Assembly: GCF_036321535.1 (NCBI RefSeq)
Contig: NC_087437.1
Coordinates: 15,936,001-16,000,000, forward strand
Reading direction: 5' to 3'
DNA: 64,000 bases
Origin: Camelus dromedarius
Lineage: Eukaryota
Shown here: piece after piece, positions 23,226-36,836 of the stretch
How positions within the stretch are numbered: position 1 is the stretch's first letter
Layout: each line of letters begins with the position of its first letter
The notes under the pieces: model-generated
Told to the model about the DNA's origin: nothing
The model's input: the letters and a program-made list of their open reading frames with translations, nothing else
Databases searched by the model: none
Made by a program: the position numbers and the translations under genes

Positions 23226-24589
23226 GTCTTGGAAAGTTCAACCTCCATCATATTATTGATTTCAAAGAGTCCACTGGCATGTTCAGGTTCTAGGAGAAAG
23301 ATTTGGCTAATCCCAGGGACTCCAGATGTCAGGGCACTCTCTCCAGGGCCAGCTGTCCCTATGGAATCTTCTCTCAGCCAAGTAGGGGAGGTGGAAGTGA
23401 CCGCAATGAGGTGTTGTCTCCAAAGGCGTCTGTCTCATCCTGTTCTGAGTGTGCGGAGTCATTTCCCAGCCGGGTAGGGGTCATCCAGGGACAGCGAATG
23501 GTCCAGGGTTAGTGGGAGGAGTTCTGGGTCAAGGGAGCGCTTTGCCATCAGCGGACACCTTGGTCTTCAGTTGCTTCATCTGTGACGAGACGAGGTTGAT
23601 CTAGAGGACAACTTCAGTGTAGTGACTTTCTTACGTAAAGGTTCAGTAGGTCCTGAGGTGGGGGAACTTAAGTCACAGCCCGGGTGTCAGCAAGATCAGT
23701 GCATTCAGTAGACGGGTGTGGTCAACAGGGAGGTGGACTTGCCTTCCATCACACTCTGTTGCTGTCACTGGGCCTGGCGTTGTCTGGGGAAGGGAAGCGG
23801 CACAGATCCACATCCTTCGTTAGATCCAGGAGCAGATGTGAGGGCAGCGATTCTCAGCCCTGGCTGTGATCAGCGTCTCCTGGGAAGCTTGGAAGTTCTC
23901 CAATGCCCCGGTCCAACTGCAGAGCCCGATTCAGCTCTCACAGGTTGGTGGAGATCCGGATCACCGGCTGAGCCGTTGAAGGACCCAGAGCTCCCAGAAG
24001 CTTTGAAGGAGGATGGGGCCCAGGCTCTTACATTTATACCAGTTTTTTTTCCTGGACTGATTCTGATCATCATCAACTTGAGAACTAGGTCTGGGGTGTG
24101 GTTCACATTCACTTCTTAGAGCTCTGGGCGTTTCATTGTGCAAGGAAGGTGATACTATCTGTGGGCTCCCCTGGATTTGGCTGTTAGAAGTGCAGAGAGC
24201 AGCAGAGGACAGAGAAGCAAGGCAGGACTCAGTGAGCTCAGTCAGAGACTGGCAACACTCAGGATGGGCCACTGCCCAAGCTGCAGGCACCGCATGGCAT
24301 GGAGGGCAGAACCCTGGAGAGATCCTGAGCATTTGCAAACTGCCAGAGAAGTTTCTTAACAGAACGCATTGCAAGGTTTTTCTAACATCCTGCTAATGGA
24401 AAAGCAGTTTTTAGTGGACCTAAAAGTAGTTAAATTTTTACCCAGCTCATCTCCCACTTTGACTTCTTTTTGCCTCATTTTCATTATATTTTTCCTTAGG
24501 ATTTATACAATCTAAGAACTAATTAGAACATCACATCAATCTGTTACTTGAAACAAAGACAGACCTTTCTGATTATATTTTTGTTTTTT

Positions 24590-26290
24590 TTAAGAACTTT
24601 TTTTGTGAAATTGGTACAAACCCATTATTTGTTTTTTCAATCAAGTAATTTACAAATGTACCCGCGCCCCCCAAAAAAGAAAAAAATTACTTTGAATTCC
24701 ACCATAGAGAAGAAATTAACATTTGGTGAATATCACCACAGCTCGCTCTCTGATGGAGTGATAGCTAATTAGGTAAATTGAAACACTTTTACAAAAATAG
24801 AATCTTACTGTACATATTTTTAAATTAAAAGCAATTTGTTTAGTTTGATTTGAATTTAATAGACAAAACAATTAAAACGAAACTTCAAAAATTGCTGAAG
24901 TTCAAAAATAGTTTTCTTCCTTCCAAGCTATTTCAATTTTCTGTGGTTATTCACTTATTTGGGAGGAAGATGGGATTTATTCCCAGTTTTAAAATTGCAC
25001 AGTGTCTCTTGATCTGCTACTCACCACCCCCAGCTCTGGATTTCTCTCTCGGCTATTTTCACATCGGCGAGGCTTGTAGCATTTGTGCCCTGCGCTGTGC
25101 TGTCATGCCCAGGGCCTTACTTTACTTCCCTCGACTCACCTGCCATTGACTCACCTTCACCAGTGTTTCTCTATTTCAGAGCAACGGTTCTCAAACCTTA
25201 AAGTCTATACGAACCGCTTGGGGATTTGGTTGAAATGCAGGTTCTGGTGCTGGATGTCTGAGTTGGAGTTTGTATCTCTGACAAGCTCCGTTATGATACT
25301 AATGCTGCTTGCAGAGCCATGCTTTGATGGACAGGTTCTAAAATTTTTTGTTTACCTCTTAGCTGACCAGATTCCATCCTCTGATCTCTACCCCCTCCCT
25401 CTCCCCTTGCTGTGCTCTCTGAAATGTGGTGTTCTTAAGAATGCTTGGATGTGCCTACTTGTGTGCGTGGTGTGAGGAGCAGGCTGCCTGGCTTTAAAAT
25501 ACAGGGGTGACATCCATTCTTTTGCTCAGAATTGTAGGCATTTTTCAGCGTCTTCTGGTTTTGAACTTTGCTGTGGTCAGTTTAGGGTGAGCCTGAGTTT
25601 TACCTTTTTTAGGGTGCCTTACCTTCCTCCACCTGGCATCCAGAGGATTCCTTCTCTGTCCTTGAGGTTTGATGGTTCACCAGGATGTGCCTTGATTTGG
25701 TCTTGGGATGTATTTTGGCTTTTTGAGATGGCAGTGTCAAGTGTTTATTCAGGAAGCCTTTCTGCGGTCGGCCTTGGAACAGTCTGTGCTTTCCTTCTGG
25801 ATTCTCCTCTGCAGAGCGCTGATGAGCGTTGTGGGTGGGGGCATAGCGAGGCGCCTTTTGCCGCTGGTTCTGTGGGCTGTTTCCCTGCCTTCTCTGCAGT
25901 CTTCTGGAAGTTTCTCTTAGTGAGGAGCTTTAGCCCGGGGGCAGGAAGAAGCAGAGACAGAGAAGACAAAAGAACACCCCCATGCCAGTCCCGCACCTCC
26001 CCTTGCACCTCGGTTCTCATCTCACTGCAGGACCTTTCTGCAGGATGCAGCATTTCCTCTGGGAAAATTCAAAACTTGCCTAGAGTCTGAGGAAGTTTGT
26101 GTCAGCTTTCAACATTCTTCCAAATTTCTCTGCATTTTCTACTACGCAGTTTGTAGTGGTGGCTGTTTCTTTGTTTTAGTAAAGGCTGATCTTTGTTCTC
26201 TTCCTACAAGAAAAAGCCCTTTTTCTTTGTGCATTTAGCTAGAGACATGTGGGAGGAGATAGAAGGCTTCAGAAATGACTTCACTTTCCT
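24590..26290 (-). mobile_element. Ancient L1ME/HAL1-like fragments, with a MER5-like hAT MITE at ~25182-25336
   Basis: ttctctgtccttgaggtttgatggttcaccaggatgtg resembles antisense old L1 ORF1; caacggttctcaaac...gaaatgcaggttct resembles MER5. Confidence 0.5.
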
Positions 26291-29200
26291 CTACCTTTCT
26301 GTCTAAGCCAAGGCCAAGATGTGGTTCAAATTCTTTCATGTTTAATTGGCTTTTTTCTTCTCCTTTTTTTCTAATTAACATGGCTAATGGAGGGGACATC
26401 TGACCAGCAGGTTCCTGACCCTTTGTCCTTGCTACTCTGATTCCCGCAGCTGGAGCTGCTCAGTTCTGGGGTTCTCCTGAGCTGACTCCCTCAGAGAGGG
26501 GAAAAACTTCAGCCCAAGCTTCTCAGCTCGTTTCTCTGCAAAGACTTTTATTGGCAAGCCAGGGGGAGGTCAAACACCACTGAACCCACCGACCCGACTC
26601 TTTGGGTCAGAGCCACGTGCACCACCATCACATGTGCCATTACTTGCATATCTGTGCTTGATTAGGAAGCATGGAAGTTTGGCTGGAAATACTTCAGGGT
26701 GACCCAAACCTCCCTTCTTCAGTACAGTTTCAAGCCATGGCATCATAATACATGCAGCACACTTCAGAGTGAAGGCCATTTGGTCTCCCAAATCATCCCC
26801 AACTTTGCCTGTTTAGGATTGTGCTGAACAGGACAGGCGTTGTCCCCACTTTCGAGAAAGAAAAATTGAGGGCACAGAATTGGGAGTCACAGACCCAACC
26901 TTGCATATGCCTAGAAATACAAAACAGGTGACGGCAATCCTCTGTCTCAGGACCTTGGTAACAGTTACTAGGGGATTGAGGAAAGTGCAAAGGTTTACTT
27001 CTGTTGCAAACTCATGTGTGGTCCGCCCCGTGGTCCCCCATCCCTCCAGCGATGCTCATCCAGACAGCTGTGAAATCAGTCCTGTCAGGGACAATGGGCG
27101 GTGAGCAGATTGCAGGCACTGGGAGGGGCAGCCCGACCTGCTGTCTTACCACAGCGTGCCGCAGAGTCCGTATGTCAGAGGACACATCTGGGAAAGCTGG
27201 CAGAAGATTTAGACAGATACTCTTAGGGTGAGAGCAGGGGCCGGGAAAAGGAGGAGGTGTCAGCCACCAGGCTGAGCATCCTGGGGCTAAGCTCCACTAG
27301 GGGAGAAAAGTGAGTTTGTCTAGACCTCCGCCTCCAGCCAAGACGGCAACCACTCCTTCCCCAGCCCCCAGCCCGGAGCTTGGAAGCAGCCTCGTTCTCT
27401 AAGGGTGCTTTATCTTCTTCTCAAATGTCTCCCCCAAGACGGTGTCCTCAGCCTCCCTCAGGACCCAGAGGCTAAAGTTAAACTGCCACCGTTTCCTCCT
27501 GACTGTGTACTAAGCATGTTGTAAACACTAGATTGTAAAATTGACTCAGTTACACGCCAAGCAAGAGAGTTTATTCCTGCTTCAGTTCAGCTGGTTTTCA
27601 GAGTCTGATGGAATGAAGTCATTCCGAAGGTTGAAGAGGGGGTTCCGTGTTGTAGTGGACACATGTTTGGTGAGGGGAGGGGAAAGCACTGCCGAGCATC
27701 TGAACACCCTGCTTGAAGGGGGCTGGGGCGGTAACTCCTTGGGACTCAGAAAACCTGAAGGGCCCAGGTGGCCTTCCTCCCACCTCTGGGGAGCCAGGGC
27801 ATGGACGCTGGACCTCAGCTCAGCCACCTGGATGCTTGTGACTAAGGCTTTGACTTTTGAGGGGCAACTTGGAAATTCAGGAGAGTTGGGACAATTAAGT
27901 CCCGGCAGCTGCGTGTGCATCTGCATCAAGCCTTTGGAGGATGTGCAAGGCAGAGGGGCCATCAGGAATGTCTAGCCAGGTCCAGACCCTCCCTGAGGTG
28001 CAGCCTGGGCTGCCTTGCCTCCCGCCCCACCTCTCTGATGATTCTGAGCACTGGTCCCTAGTGTTCCCAAAGGCTGCCTCCCTTTTCGGTTAATTTCACT
28101 TAACCACAGTCAATTTCTGTTGCTTGCAGCCACGACTCCTCACTGATACAAGACTGGTGCTGAGTTTAGAGCTGGCCAAGTGCTTCTCAGGGGAAGGCTG
28201 CTTCTAGCAGGAAGACCATACCTGTGGAGGAGGTTGGAGGAGGTAGAAGAGTGCCCACGTGTAATTCAGTAAAGGGCTACTGAGTGTGTGCTGGTGGCAG
28301 GCGCCGTACTAAATACTAGGTCCTCATGGAGCTTTTGCACTGGTGGAGGGAGGAGATAGGCCTGTGCGGCTTCCAGATCACCGTTCCAGATGGGCCCCAT
28401 TTGGAAGGCGGCCTGCCTGGTGGGAGTGTGTGCCATCCATTCACATAGCAGGTGCTCGGCTGGCCTTTGTGGAGTGTCAGGTAAGGTCCTGGCATTCGAC
28501 AGTGGCGACTGAGCCAGAGCCCAGCTTTCATGTAGACACAAACCACCCACTCCTTCATCGGTTGTCATAGCTATTTCTTTCTGGTTTTATTTTCCTTTCT
28601 TTTTATTTAATAGACCTCAAGAGGGAGAGAATTGCTGGTCACAGCCAACCACAGATTTACCTTCTGCCTTTCAGTGTGAAGGGACACTGGGCTGCAAGGT
28701 GTTTATGTATTTGTGGGGGGTGTTAGGAACCCCCATGCAGCAGCCAGGCCCCGGTCCTGACTCCTCCTTTGCACAGCCATCCCATTTTGGCCCAGAACCT
28801 GACTGCATCCTTTTGCGATGGTGAGGCCGTGCTTTCTGACAGGCGGAGTTGAGGCCTCTCCTGCTCAGCCCCGTTGTGCTCCATCCTAAATGGGTCCAGG
28901 TGGGGGCGATTGGGAGACTGAAGGGCCTTCACTTTGGAGTGTGCTGCATGTATTATGATGCCACGGCCTGAAACTGTACTGAAGGAGGAAGGTTTGGGTC
29001 ACCCTAAAGTACTTCCAGCCAACCTTCCCTGTTCCCCAGTCAAGCACAGGTCCGCAAATAATGGTGCGCGTAACGATGCTGGCTTTCGCCCAAGAAGCTG
29101 AGTCAGTGGGTTCGGTGGTGTCAGCCTTTCTCCTGGTTCACCATTTGCCATTAGAACACCCTTTGCGGAGAAACGAGCTTGGGCTGAAGTGTATTCCCCC

Positions 29201-30444
29201 TCTAAGTGTGGAGGAAGGCACTGGAGAGTTTGCAAGAAGGAGTGAATGATCTAACTGGAGTGAAACAATTGTACTAATCACTGCGACAGCTCCCCCCTGC
29301 CAGTGTGCGCGGAGAACTGGCTGCAGTGGAGTAGGTGGGAGGGGAGACCTTCAGGGCACTGAGGCCGAGAGGGGCCTGTTGTCTCTCAGTGGCCACCCAA
29401 CACGTGAGTGACAGGCAGAGTCCTGCCCCGCCCGGGGCCTGGCCGCCTGGTGGGGGCCCTGTCCTCCTGCTCAGGCTCAGGTGCGCCATCCTGGGGGGGC
29501 AGTGTCCCCCTCCCCAGGGAAACTGATAGCTTTGTTCTCTTCTCTCACGATCAGAATGGGAACTTCACTCAACAAGCATGGCTGGCATCCAGTCCCTTCA
29601 GACTGCCTGTGTGCTGACTTCTCCGGGCCCTGGCCAGGAGTGTGTCACTCCAGAGTGGCCTGGACGGCCCTCCCCTGGCCTGGGCCTTGGCCAGCACCTC
29701 CCTCCCTCCCTCCTCTCCAAGCGGCAGCCGAAGGCCTGGAGCTTGAGGGGGCGGAGGAGGCAGAATTGGCAGACTTTGTCCTCAGGCGGGCTGGGAAAGA
29801 TTGTTTAAATTTAGGCCTTACCCTCCCAGAGTGAAAATAAGTTATTTTTATGTGAGCAAGTATTTGTTACTGAATTAAATATAAGTCCAGGGCACCTCTC
29901 TGAACTGATGGCTCGGGTTACAGAGCGGAGGCGGCCTGCGTCATCTGGGTGCCCCCTTCGCGGCCACACTGGCCTGGCAGCGTCCCCCCCCATCCTGACA
30001 CCCCCCCCCCATGCTCATCCATCTCGGTGTCCCCCGCAACTTTGTCAAACATAACGTGAAAGGAAGGGAAATGAAAAGAAAACAAAAGAAGAGATTTTTC
30101 CAAGAGGTAAAATCAGATTTATCCTGAGGTAATTAAATGTGTAGAAAGCCCAGAACAAAGGATTGCAAATAGTGTGTGTGTGAGAGGGAGTGAGAGAGAG
30201 AGAACAAATCATTATTTCCAGGGCAGCCTTCTGATTCATCTCAGATTCAGATGCCGGTGAGGTGGAATCAGCCAGGGAGGCTGAACAGGGCTTTGTGTGG
30301 CCTCGGCCACCTGCTCAGGTGTCCGAGCACCTGCACACACGGCGTCAGCCCCACAGCGCCTCGGTAGGAAAGCCACCCTCCACTCCCTTTCCAGTCAGGC
30401 TTCCCCGTCACCTCCCTGCAGAAATGACCATCCCTGTCCTGGGC

Positions 30445-30615
30445 TTCACTCGAACTTTTCTGTCTGTCTCATCTACTAGAAGCTGAATAGGTTGGAGTCA
30501 AGGACCGACTCTTTTATGGTCTTTTACTGTGGTATTCCCAAGTGTTCATCGCAGGGCCTGGCCTACTGGGGTCAGTCCGTATGTGTTTGTTGAATGAATA
30601 AATGAATGAATGGAT
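30445..30615 (+). mobile_element. L2 3' end
   Basis: ctgtctcatctactaga...agggcctggc...tgtttgttgaatgaataaatgaatgaa. Confidence 0.75.
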
Positions 30616-31709
30616 GACTGGGCACAGGATGGACCCTCAGACATCCAGACACGTTAAGGCCGTCTCACTGCTGTCTTTGACAGGTGTGTCCACTATGCCT
30701 GGGCTGTGAGGTGGGCTGTGATGGGAGCCCTGGGGGGATGGGGAAGGGGGAGAAGCAATGCGGTAGGAGGTGGTGCTTAAACTGGGCCTGGACAGATGGA
30801 CTGGGCCCGTCATGAGGGGGGCTGGCACTTCCAGGCAGGCAGTAGTCACATCCATCCTCCCCACACTCTGCACAACTTAGACCGTGGAGGTATGGGTCCT
30901 CCGAGGGACGGTGCCGGCGAGGGGCCAGCAAGGCCTTTTGGCGACTTTGATGGGGCGCTGAGCAAGGACTGAGCCCCTCGGGAGGCTTTCTGGGAGCGTG
31001 GTCTGCATAGCCCATCTGACCCTCTTCCTGCCTCTGTGACCTTTGTGATGCTGTGAGTTCCTTCTGTAATGGCCTTGCTCTCCTTCTTCAGTGACCAGTT
31101 CAGATGTCACCTTCCTGTCTTTAGCAGATTCTTGAAACCTCTGCTTCCCCCGTAACCACTGCATGCCCTGTGTCATGGTTACACTGCTCTGCCTCTTCCC
31201 ATGAGGTCCACGAGCTGCACAGGACCCGGGTGGCATCTCGTTCAGTTTTCCTCATGGCTACTGAGTACACGCAGGGCTTAGCTCCTTGACGGCCCAGTCT
31301 CCTGATGCTTTCTGAGTGACACTGTGTGACAGGGATTATACATGGCCTTCGTGTGGGGGTCTCATTTCTTCCTCAGCACTGGACAAGAGTGAGTCTTGCC
31401 AGCTGATGGAGATGGAGTGATAGAAATTCCAGGCTGAGGCCGTGCCTTGGAGAGGCTGAGACCTGGGAGCCAGGGGAACCGAGGCAGTTTGGGGTAAGTC
31501 TGCCTGAGAAACTGTGTGTTCAGATGATCTTGCCTTTTTACCAAGGTTTAACCGTCACAGCCCACCCAGCCCAGCTCTGTGTGCAGTGCCACACAACACA
31601 CAGAGGCCCCTACGGCACTCCCCCGGCCCCAGCCCTCGGCTCCAGCACAGGAGGGGCCGCCCAACGCCCCACCTCTTCCATGGGCCTGAAATTCCACCAT
31701 GAGACATTC

Positions 31710-32237
31710 CTTTTTTAAATTGTAGTAAAACACTCAGAATTTAAATCTTCCCATCTGAACCGTCTTTAAGTGTCAAGTTTAGTGGTACTAAGTTCATCCA
31801 TATTGTTGTACAGCCATCGCCGCCCTCCACCTCCAGAACTCCCTTCATCTTGTACAACAAAAACTGCACCCATTAAACAATAGCTCCCCATGACCTCCTC
31901 CCCCCGGCCCTTGGAAACCATCATTTTACTTTTATCTCCCCCTTTCCTCCATGCCCCAGTCTCTGGTGATGACTGTTGTACTGTTACCGTGAGTCTGGCT
32001 TTTATATGTATATTCCGTTTCTGTATAAGTGAGATCACGCAATATTTGTCTTTCTGTGTCTGGCTTATTTCACTTGGCATAATGTTCTCCAGGTTCATCC
32101 ATGCTGTCCCAAATGGCAGGATTTCCTTCTTGTTTTAAAGCTGAATAATATTCCACTATATGATAGAATGAACATACACATATCACAGTTATATACAATG
32201 GAATATGTATATATCAATATATATCACATTTTCTTTA
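31710..32237 (-). mobile_element. 5'-truncated L1 (L1MA-like) with exact 14-bp TSD accatgagacattc
   Basis: TSD at 31696-31709 and 32238-32251. Minus-strand ORF MNLENIMPSEISQTQKDKY is the L1 ORF2 tail. Confidence 0.9.
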
Positions 32238-32433
32238 ACCATGAGACATTCTTTTCACTGAGTTTTAAAGGTTCTTTAGTCTTTAATGTGTTCTTTGTTA
32301 GAATAAACAGCACTTTAGGAAAAAAAAGACCTCCAGGGGCATCAGTGTTGCCAACTTCATTATTCTTTGAGAGACTCGGCCCCCAGAGGTAAGACGCCTA
32401 GGTGAGCTGGAGTATACAGTACCCCACTGTCAG

Positions 32434-32788
32434 TGCTGCGGTCTGAGTGTTTGTGTCTCCCCCAAATTCATATGCTGAAATCCTAACCCCTAAGGTGATG
32501 GTGTTAGGAGATGGGGCATTTGGGAAGTAATCAGATCACAAGGGCGGCGGGACCCTCACAAATGGGATTCGTGGCTTTAGAAAAGGGGTTCCAGAGAGTT
32601 CCTGCACCCCGTTGGCCATGTGAGCATAGGATGAGAAATCTGTCACCGGAAGAGGGTTCTTACCAGACCATGTTGGTGCCCTGATCTCAGATCTCTAGGC
32701 TCCAGAACGATGAGAAAAAAAGATTTCTTTTGTGTATAAGCCACCAGTCTGTGGTGTTTTGTTACGGCAACCTGTACAGTCTGAGACA
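32434..32788 (+). mobile_element. MaLR solo LTR, MLT1A0-like
   Basis: tgctgcggtctgagtgtttgtgtctcccccaaattcatatg...taagccaccagtctgtgg...gagaca; flanks gtcag/gccag fit a 5-bp TSD with one mismatch. Confidence 0.9.
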
Positions 32789-33009
32789 GCCAGGCTGGCC
32801 GAGCAGGGTGGGGCTGCCTCTAGGAGGGTGTGTGGGCCTTGAAAACTACCTCTACCCCAGGACGATGGGAGGAGGGAGAGCGTGTGGGGGCGGGGCTGGG
32901 GGGGATGCGTGCAAAGCGGATACCAGCTGTCAGCGAAGCTGCATCGCCATTACTCATTCTTATGGCCAAAGACTTGCCTGTCCGTGAATATTCCAGAGAA
33001 ATACCATTT

Positions 33010-36000
33010 TTTGTTTTCAAATTACAGAAATAAAATATGCCTATTGTAGAAAACATGGGAGATACAGGAAATGAAAAGAAAAATGAAAATCACCCAGAAT
33101 GCCACCACCTAGAGATCATTTCTGCCAGCCTCTCGGTGTATTTCATTCCAGCATTGCGTGTGTACAGGGTCATATTGTAAGCAATTTTATATCCTTCATC
33201 CACCGAACATTACATTGTGATCATTTTCCCTGTCATTAAATTTATTTGAAAACATCATTTTTAATGGCTGCATAATATTCAGTCCTGTGGCTGATCCATA
33301 ATTTATTTAACCATTTCTCCCTTTTTGAGCACTTGCGCTCACTCTAATCTGTGGATATTGTGAATGTCCACAAACAGTGATGCTGTGAGCATCTCACACA
33401 TAAATCCTTGGGCACTCTGTGCTTATTTCTTGAGGACAGATTCCTGAACGTGGAATAAAGGACCTGGGTGCTGATTCTCAAGTTGATTTCCAGCAAGGTC
33501 TCCAGAGGAAAGCTTTGCCGCAGTAGGTGAGAACTTCCTTGGTCTGGCCGCTCCTTCTGCACTGAGCATTACTGTTCCTTAAATCTCTTCTAACTTGATA
33601 GCATAGACGCTGTTCATTAGTTTCCTAGTCATTTATTGTCTGCTCATTGATTTTGCCCAATTTTTCCAATAGGGTGTCACTGTTTGCTTAACTTACTAAA
33701 TTGTCCCCTATATATAAAGATTATTCACCCTTTCCCAAATATGTTACAAATATTTCTGCCAGTTTATTATTTGCCATTCAGTTTTTTATATCAGCTGTAC
33801 TGAGATCTGATTCACTTACCATACCATTCATTCTTGTTAAAGCGTACAAGTCAATGGGTTTTAGAATCTTCCTCTGTTGTGGGTGTGGTGCAACCATCAC
33901 CACAATCAATTTTAGAACATTTGCATCATCCTAAAAAGAATCCCCATACCCATCAGCAGTCACTCCCCGTTTCACCTCCACTCCCCTTGCCCCCAGCTCC
34001 TGGCAACCACTGATCTACTTCTGCTTCTATGGACTTGCCTCTTCTGGACACTCGTATAAAGAGAAGCGGGCATACATAGTCTTTTGTAACCAACTTCTTT
34101 CATTTAGCAGAACGTTCTCAAGGTTGTAGTATATCTCAGTACCTCAAGGGAATGCCATTCATTGTTGCTTATGATTTTTAATAGTAGAAGTTTTAAATGT
34201 TTACGGAGTGAACGTTTTGAGCTTGCCTTCTGTGATCTACCTTTTCTCTTTCCAGGGCTTTTATGCTTAAAATGTCCTTCAGTTAAATTTACAGCTATAT
34301 TTTCTGTTAGTTTTTTTTTTTCTAATTGCATCATTAAAACATTAGAATAATTAAATCTCAAAGTAATATATGAATATAGCCCTGTTTTAAGTGGCTTTAG
34401 TTTTTATATCAACTCTTCAATCCACCTGGCATGTATTTTTGTAAATAGTAATAGGGTGAGAGTCTAATTTAATGGTTTTTTTCCAAAAGCCAATCGTCCC
34501 GGTGCATTTCTACCCCATTTATTTGTATTGCTTCCTTTGTAATTTATTAAGTTCTTAAATGTACGTGGGTCTATTTCAATACTCTGCTGTTGCTGGCTCT
34601 GTTTATCCAGGATTGCACCAGCGTTGGGCTTTCTAATTCTAACAGCTGTAAAATAGGGCACAGGTCTGGTTAGTTGACTTCACCTCTCTTCTTTTTGTAG
34701 ATTTTCTTAATTCCTTTGCCCATTCATTTTTCCAAGAAGATCTTAGAAATTTTTTGATCAAATTTGCTTCCCTTCTCTGGAACAATGCCTGGCCCCACCC
34801 CCAAACAACCGCTGGTAATGTCACTGGTCATGTTTCAGACCTCTATATTATTTTGAGAATTGATTGCATTTAGTCTTTTACAACCAGGAGCATGTCTCCC
34901 CATTCTGTCAAATCTTATTTTCTATAGTTTAGTAATGTTTTTAATTTTCTTCATTTTGGTGTCACAATTTAGGGCTATTCTGATGTCTTTGATTGCTTTT
35001 GATTTTTTTTTTTATTATTGTTGTGAGTGGATTTTTAAAACTGGTTATTTCTGGTATTAAAGAAGGCTCTTTTTCCGCCCCATTTATAATGGTCTACTTT
35101 TCTGAACTCTTTTTTTCTAATTATAAGATATTTTCTAGTTGTTTCTTTTGCAATTTCTATGTCTCTAATCATTCTGTCCAAAGCAATGATGATTTCTTTC
35201 TTCCTTTCTAATAGTTGTGTCTCTAATTTCTGTTTCATTTCTTACTGCCTTGACTTGATCTTCCAGAAGAGTGTAAAGCATTAGTGGGGGGGAACAAGCT
35301 CATTTTCTTTCTAATTTTACTGGAACTGACTTTAGTTGTTTCACTATTAGAATAGTGTAGGTTTATAGTAGAAAACTGGGAAGAAAAATAGCATATATTT
35401 ACTTGAAAGAATGGTAAAGAAGAGAGTCAGTTTATTTTGAGACAAACATACTGTTTTCCTTGTTGCTCAGTTGACATGAGGTTTTGATCAATAGTAATAA
35501 AAATACATAAAACTATATTTTCAATTTTTAGATTGAACTTTCATTGGCCACGGTGAATGTTGTTATATTTGGTTTCTAGTGCTTTTATTCAGATGTTCAC
35601 ATCGGAATTTGTAAGTGAATGATTCTTTTTGGTTCTTTTTAGTTATATTGGCACATTTTGGTACAAGGTTTTACTAACTGTATAAATCGAACTCAATAGA
35701 GTTCTGTATATTTTTAATGCATGGGACAGGTAATATAGCATACATTTATCTTTTTCTTAAAAGTTTAGAAAAAAAACCCTGTAAAAGTATTTAGTGTTGG
35801 AATCGTTCTTAGATGTAAACTTTGGTAGTTTTTTTTTTTTTAATTCTACTTTCATCATTGATCTCTTAAGGTTTAAATTTTTCCCTTAAGGTTTTAATTT
35901 TTTTGGATAATTTACATTTTCCAGGAAAACTGTTCTGTTTGTTGAGATTTTTTGATTCAGTACTGTAGAGAGAAATATTTTGAACTGGAAGAAGCCACTG

Positions 36001-36490
36001 TGTCTGTAGTTGTGTCCCCTTTCTTATTAGGTATATTATTTGTTCTCTCATTCTCATTGTTTACAATAATAATATAGAGAAGTTTACATTTAAATGGGTT
36101 TTATCGCTCCCCACCAGCTTTCCCATTCTTGAATTCTTCATTTTGATTCATCACTCAGGAGAGTGAAATGTATTTTCTTTTTTTTTTTTCAAGCCGTATT
36201 TTCTTTTCTACGCAATACATATTATAATTTTAAAGTTCATGCTCATCCTGAGATGTCTTTGCTGCTCCACATTTAGACAATGTGTCAGTCGAATGTAAAG
36301 CTTCATGGTCACAGCCACTGTCTGCAAAAGTCAGTGGGTGTTGCTGTCTGAAGTCTTCTGTTCTTGCTTTTGTGATACTGCTGAGGTGGTCTGAGGCTAG
36401 CCTTTTATTGTTACCTTATTTTTGTTTTGTTTTGTTTTGCTGTTTCTCTTCCCTGAATACTTGTAGATTTTTAAAAATTCCTTTTAGATA
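33010..36490 (-). mobile_element. Long ancient antisense L1ME-like block with a nested L1MB 3' end (~33782-34145)
   Basis: T-rich decayed ORF2/3' UTR motifs; gtgcaaccatcaccacaatcaattttagaacatt marks the nested element. Confidence 0.65.
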
Positions 36491-36613
36491 ACAATATTAG
36501 GGCCTTCGAACCTAATGTTTTAAGGTGTATTAAGTGTGTGTGTGTGCACGCGTGAGATTCTGTATGATGGGGAGATAGGTATTCTCATTGCCTTAAGATA
36601 TATCACAGTACAG

Positions 36614-36836
36614 CAGTTTTTCTCATCTTTGAGACTATCGACATTTTGGTCCAGATAATTCTTTGTCTGCGGAGCCATCTGGTACGTTGTAAGAGGTTTA
36701 GCAGCCTCCCTGATCTCTACCCACTAGATGCTAGGAGCATCCTCTTTCCTCAAGTGCTAACAGTCCCAGGTGTCCTCAGACACTGTGAAATGTTTCCTAA
36801 GGGTCAGAGTCACCCCCTCCCCGTGGAGACTCTCTG
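36614..36836 (-). mobile_element. MER20 (hAT-Charlie)
   Basis: gacattttggtccagataattctttg...ctctacccactagatgc is the reverse complement of MER20. Confidence 0.85.
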
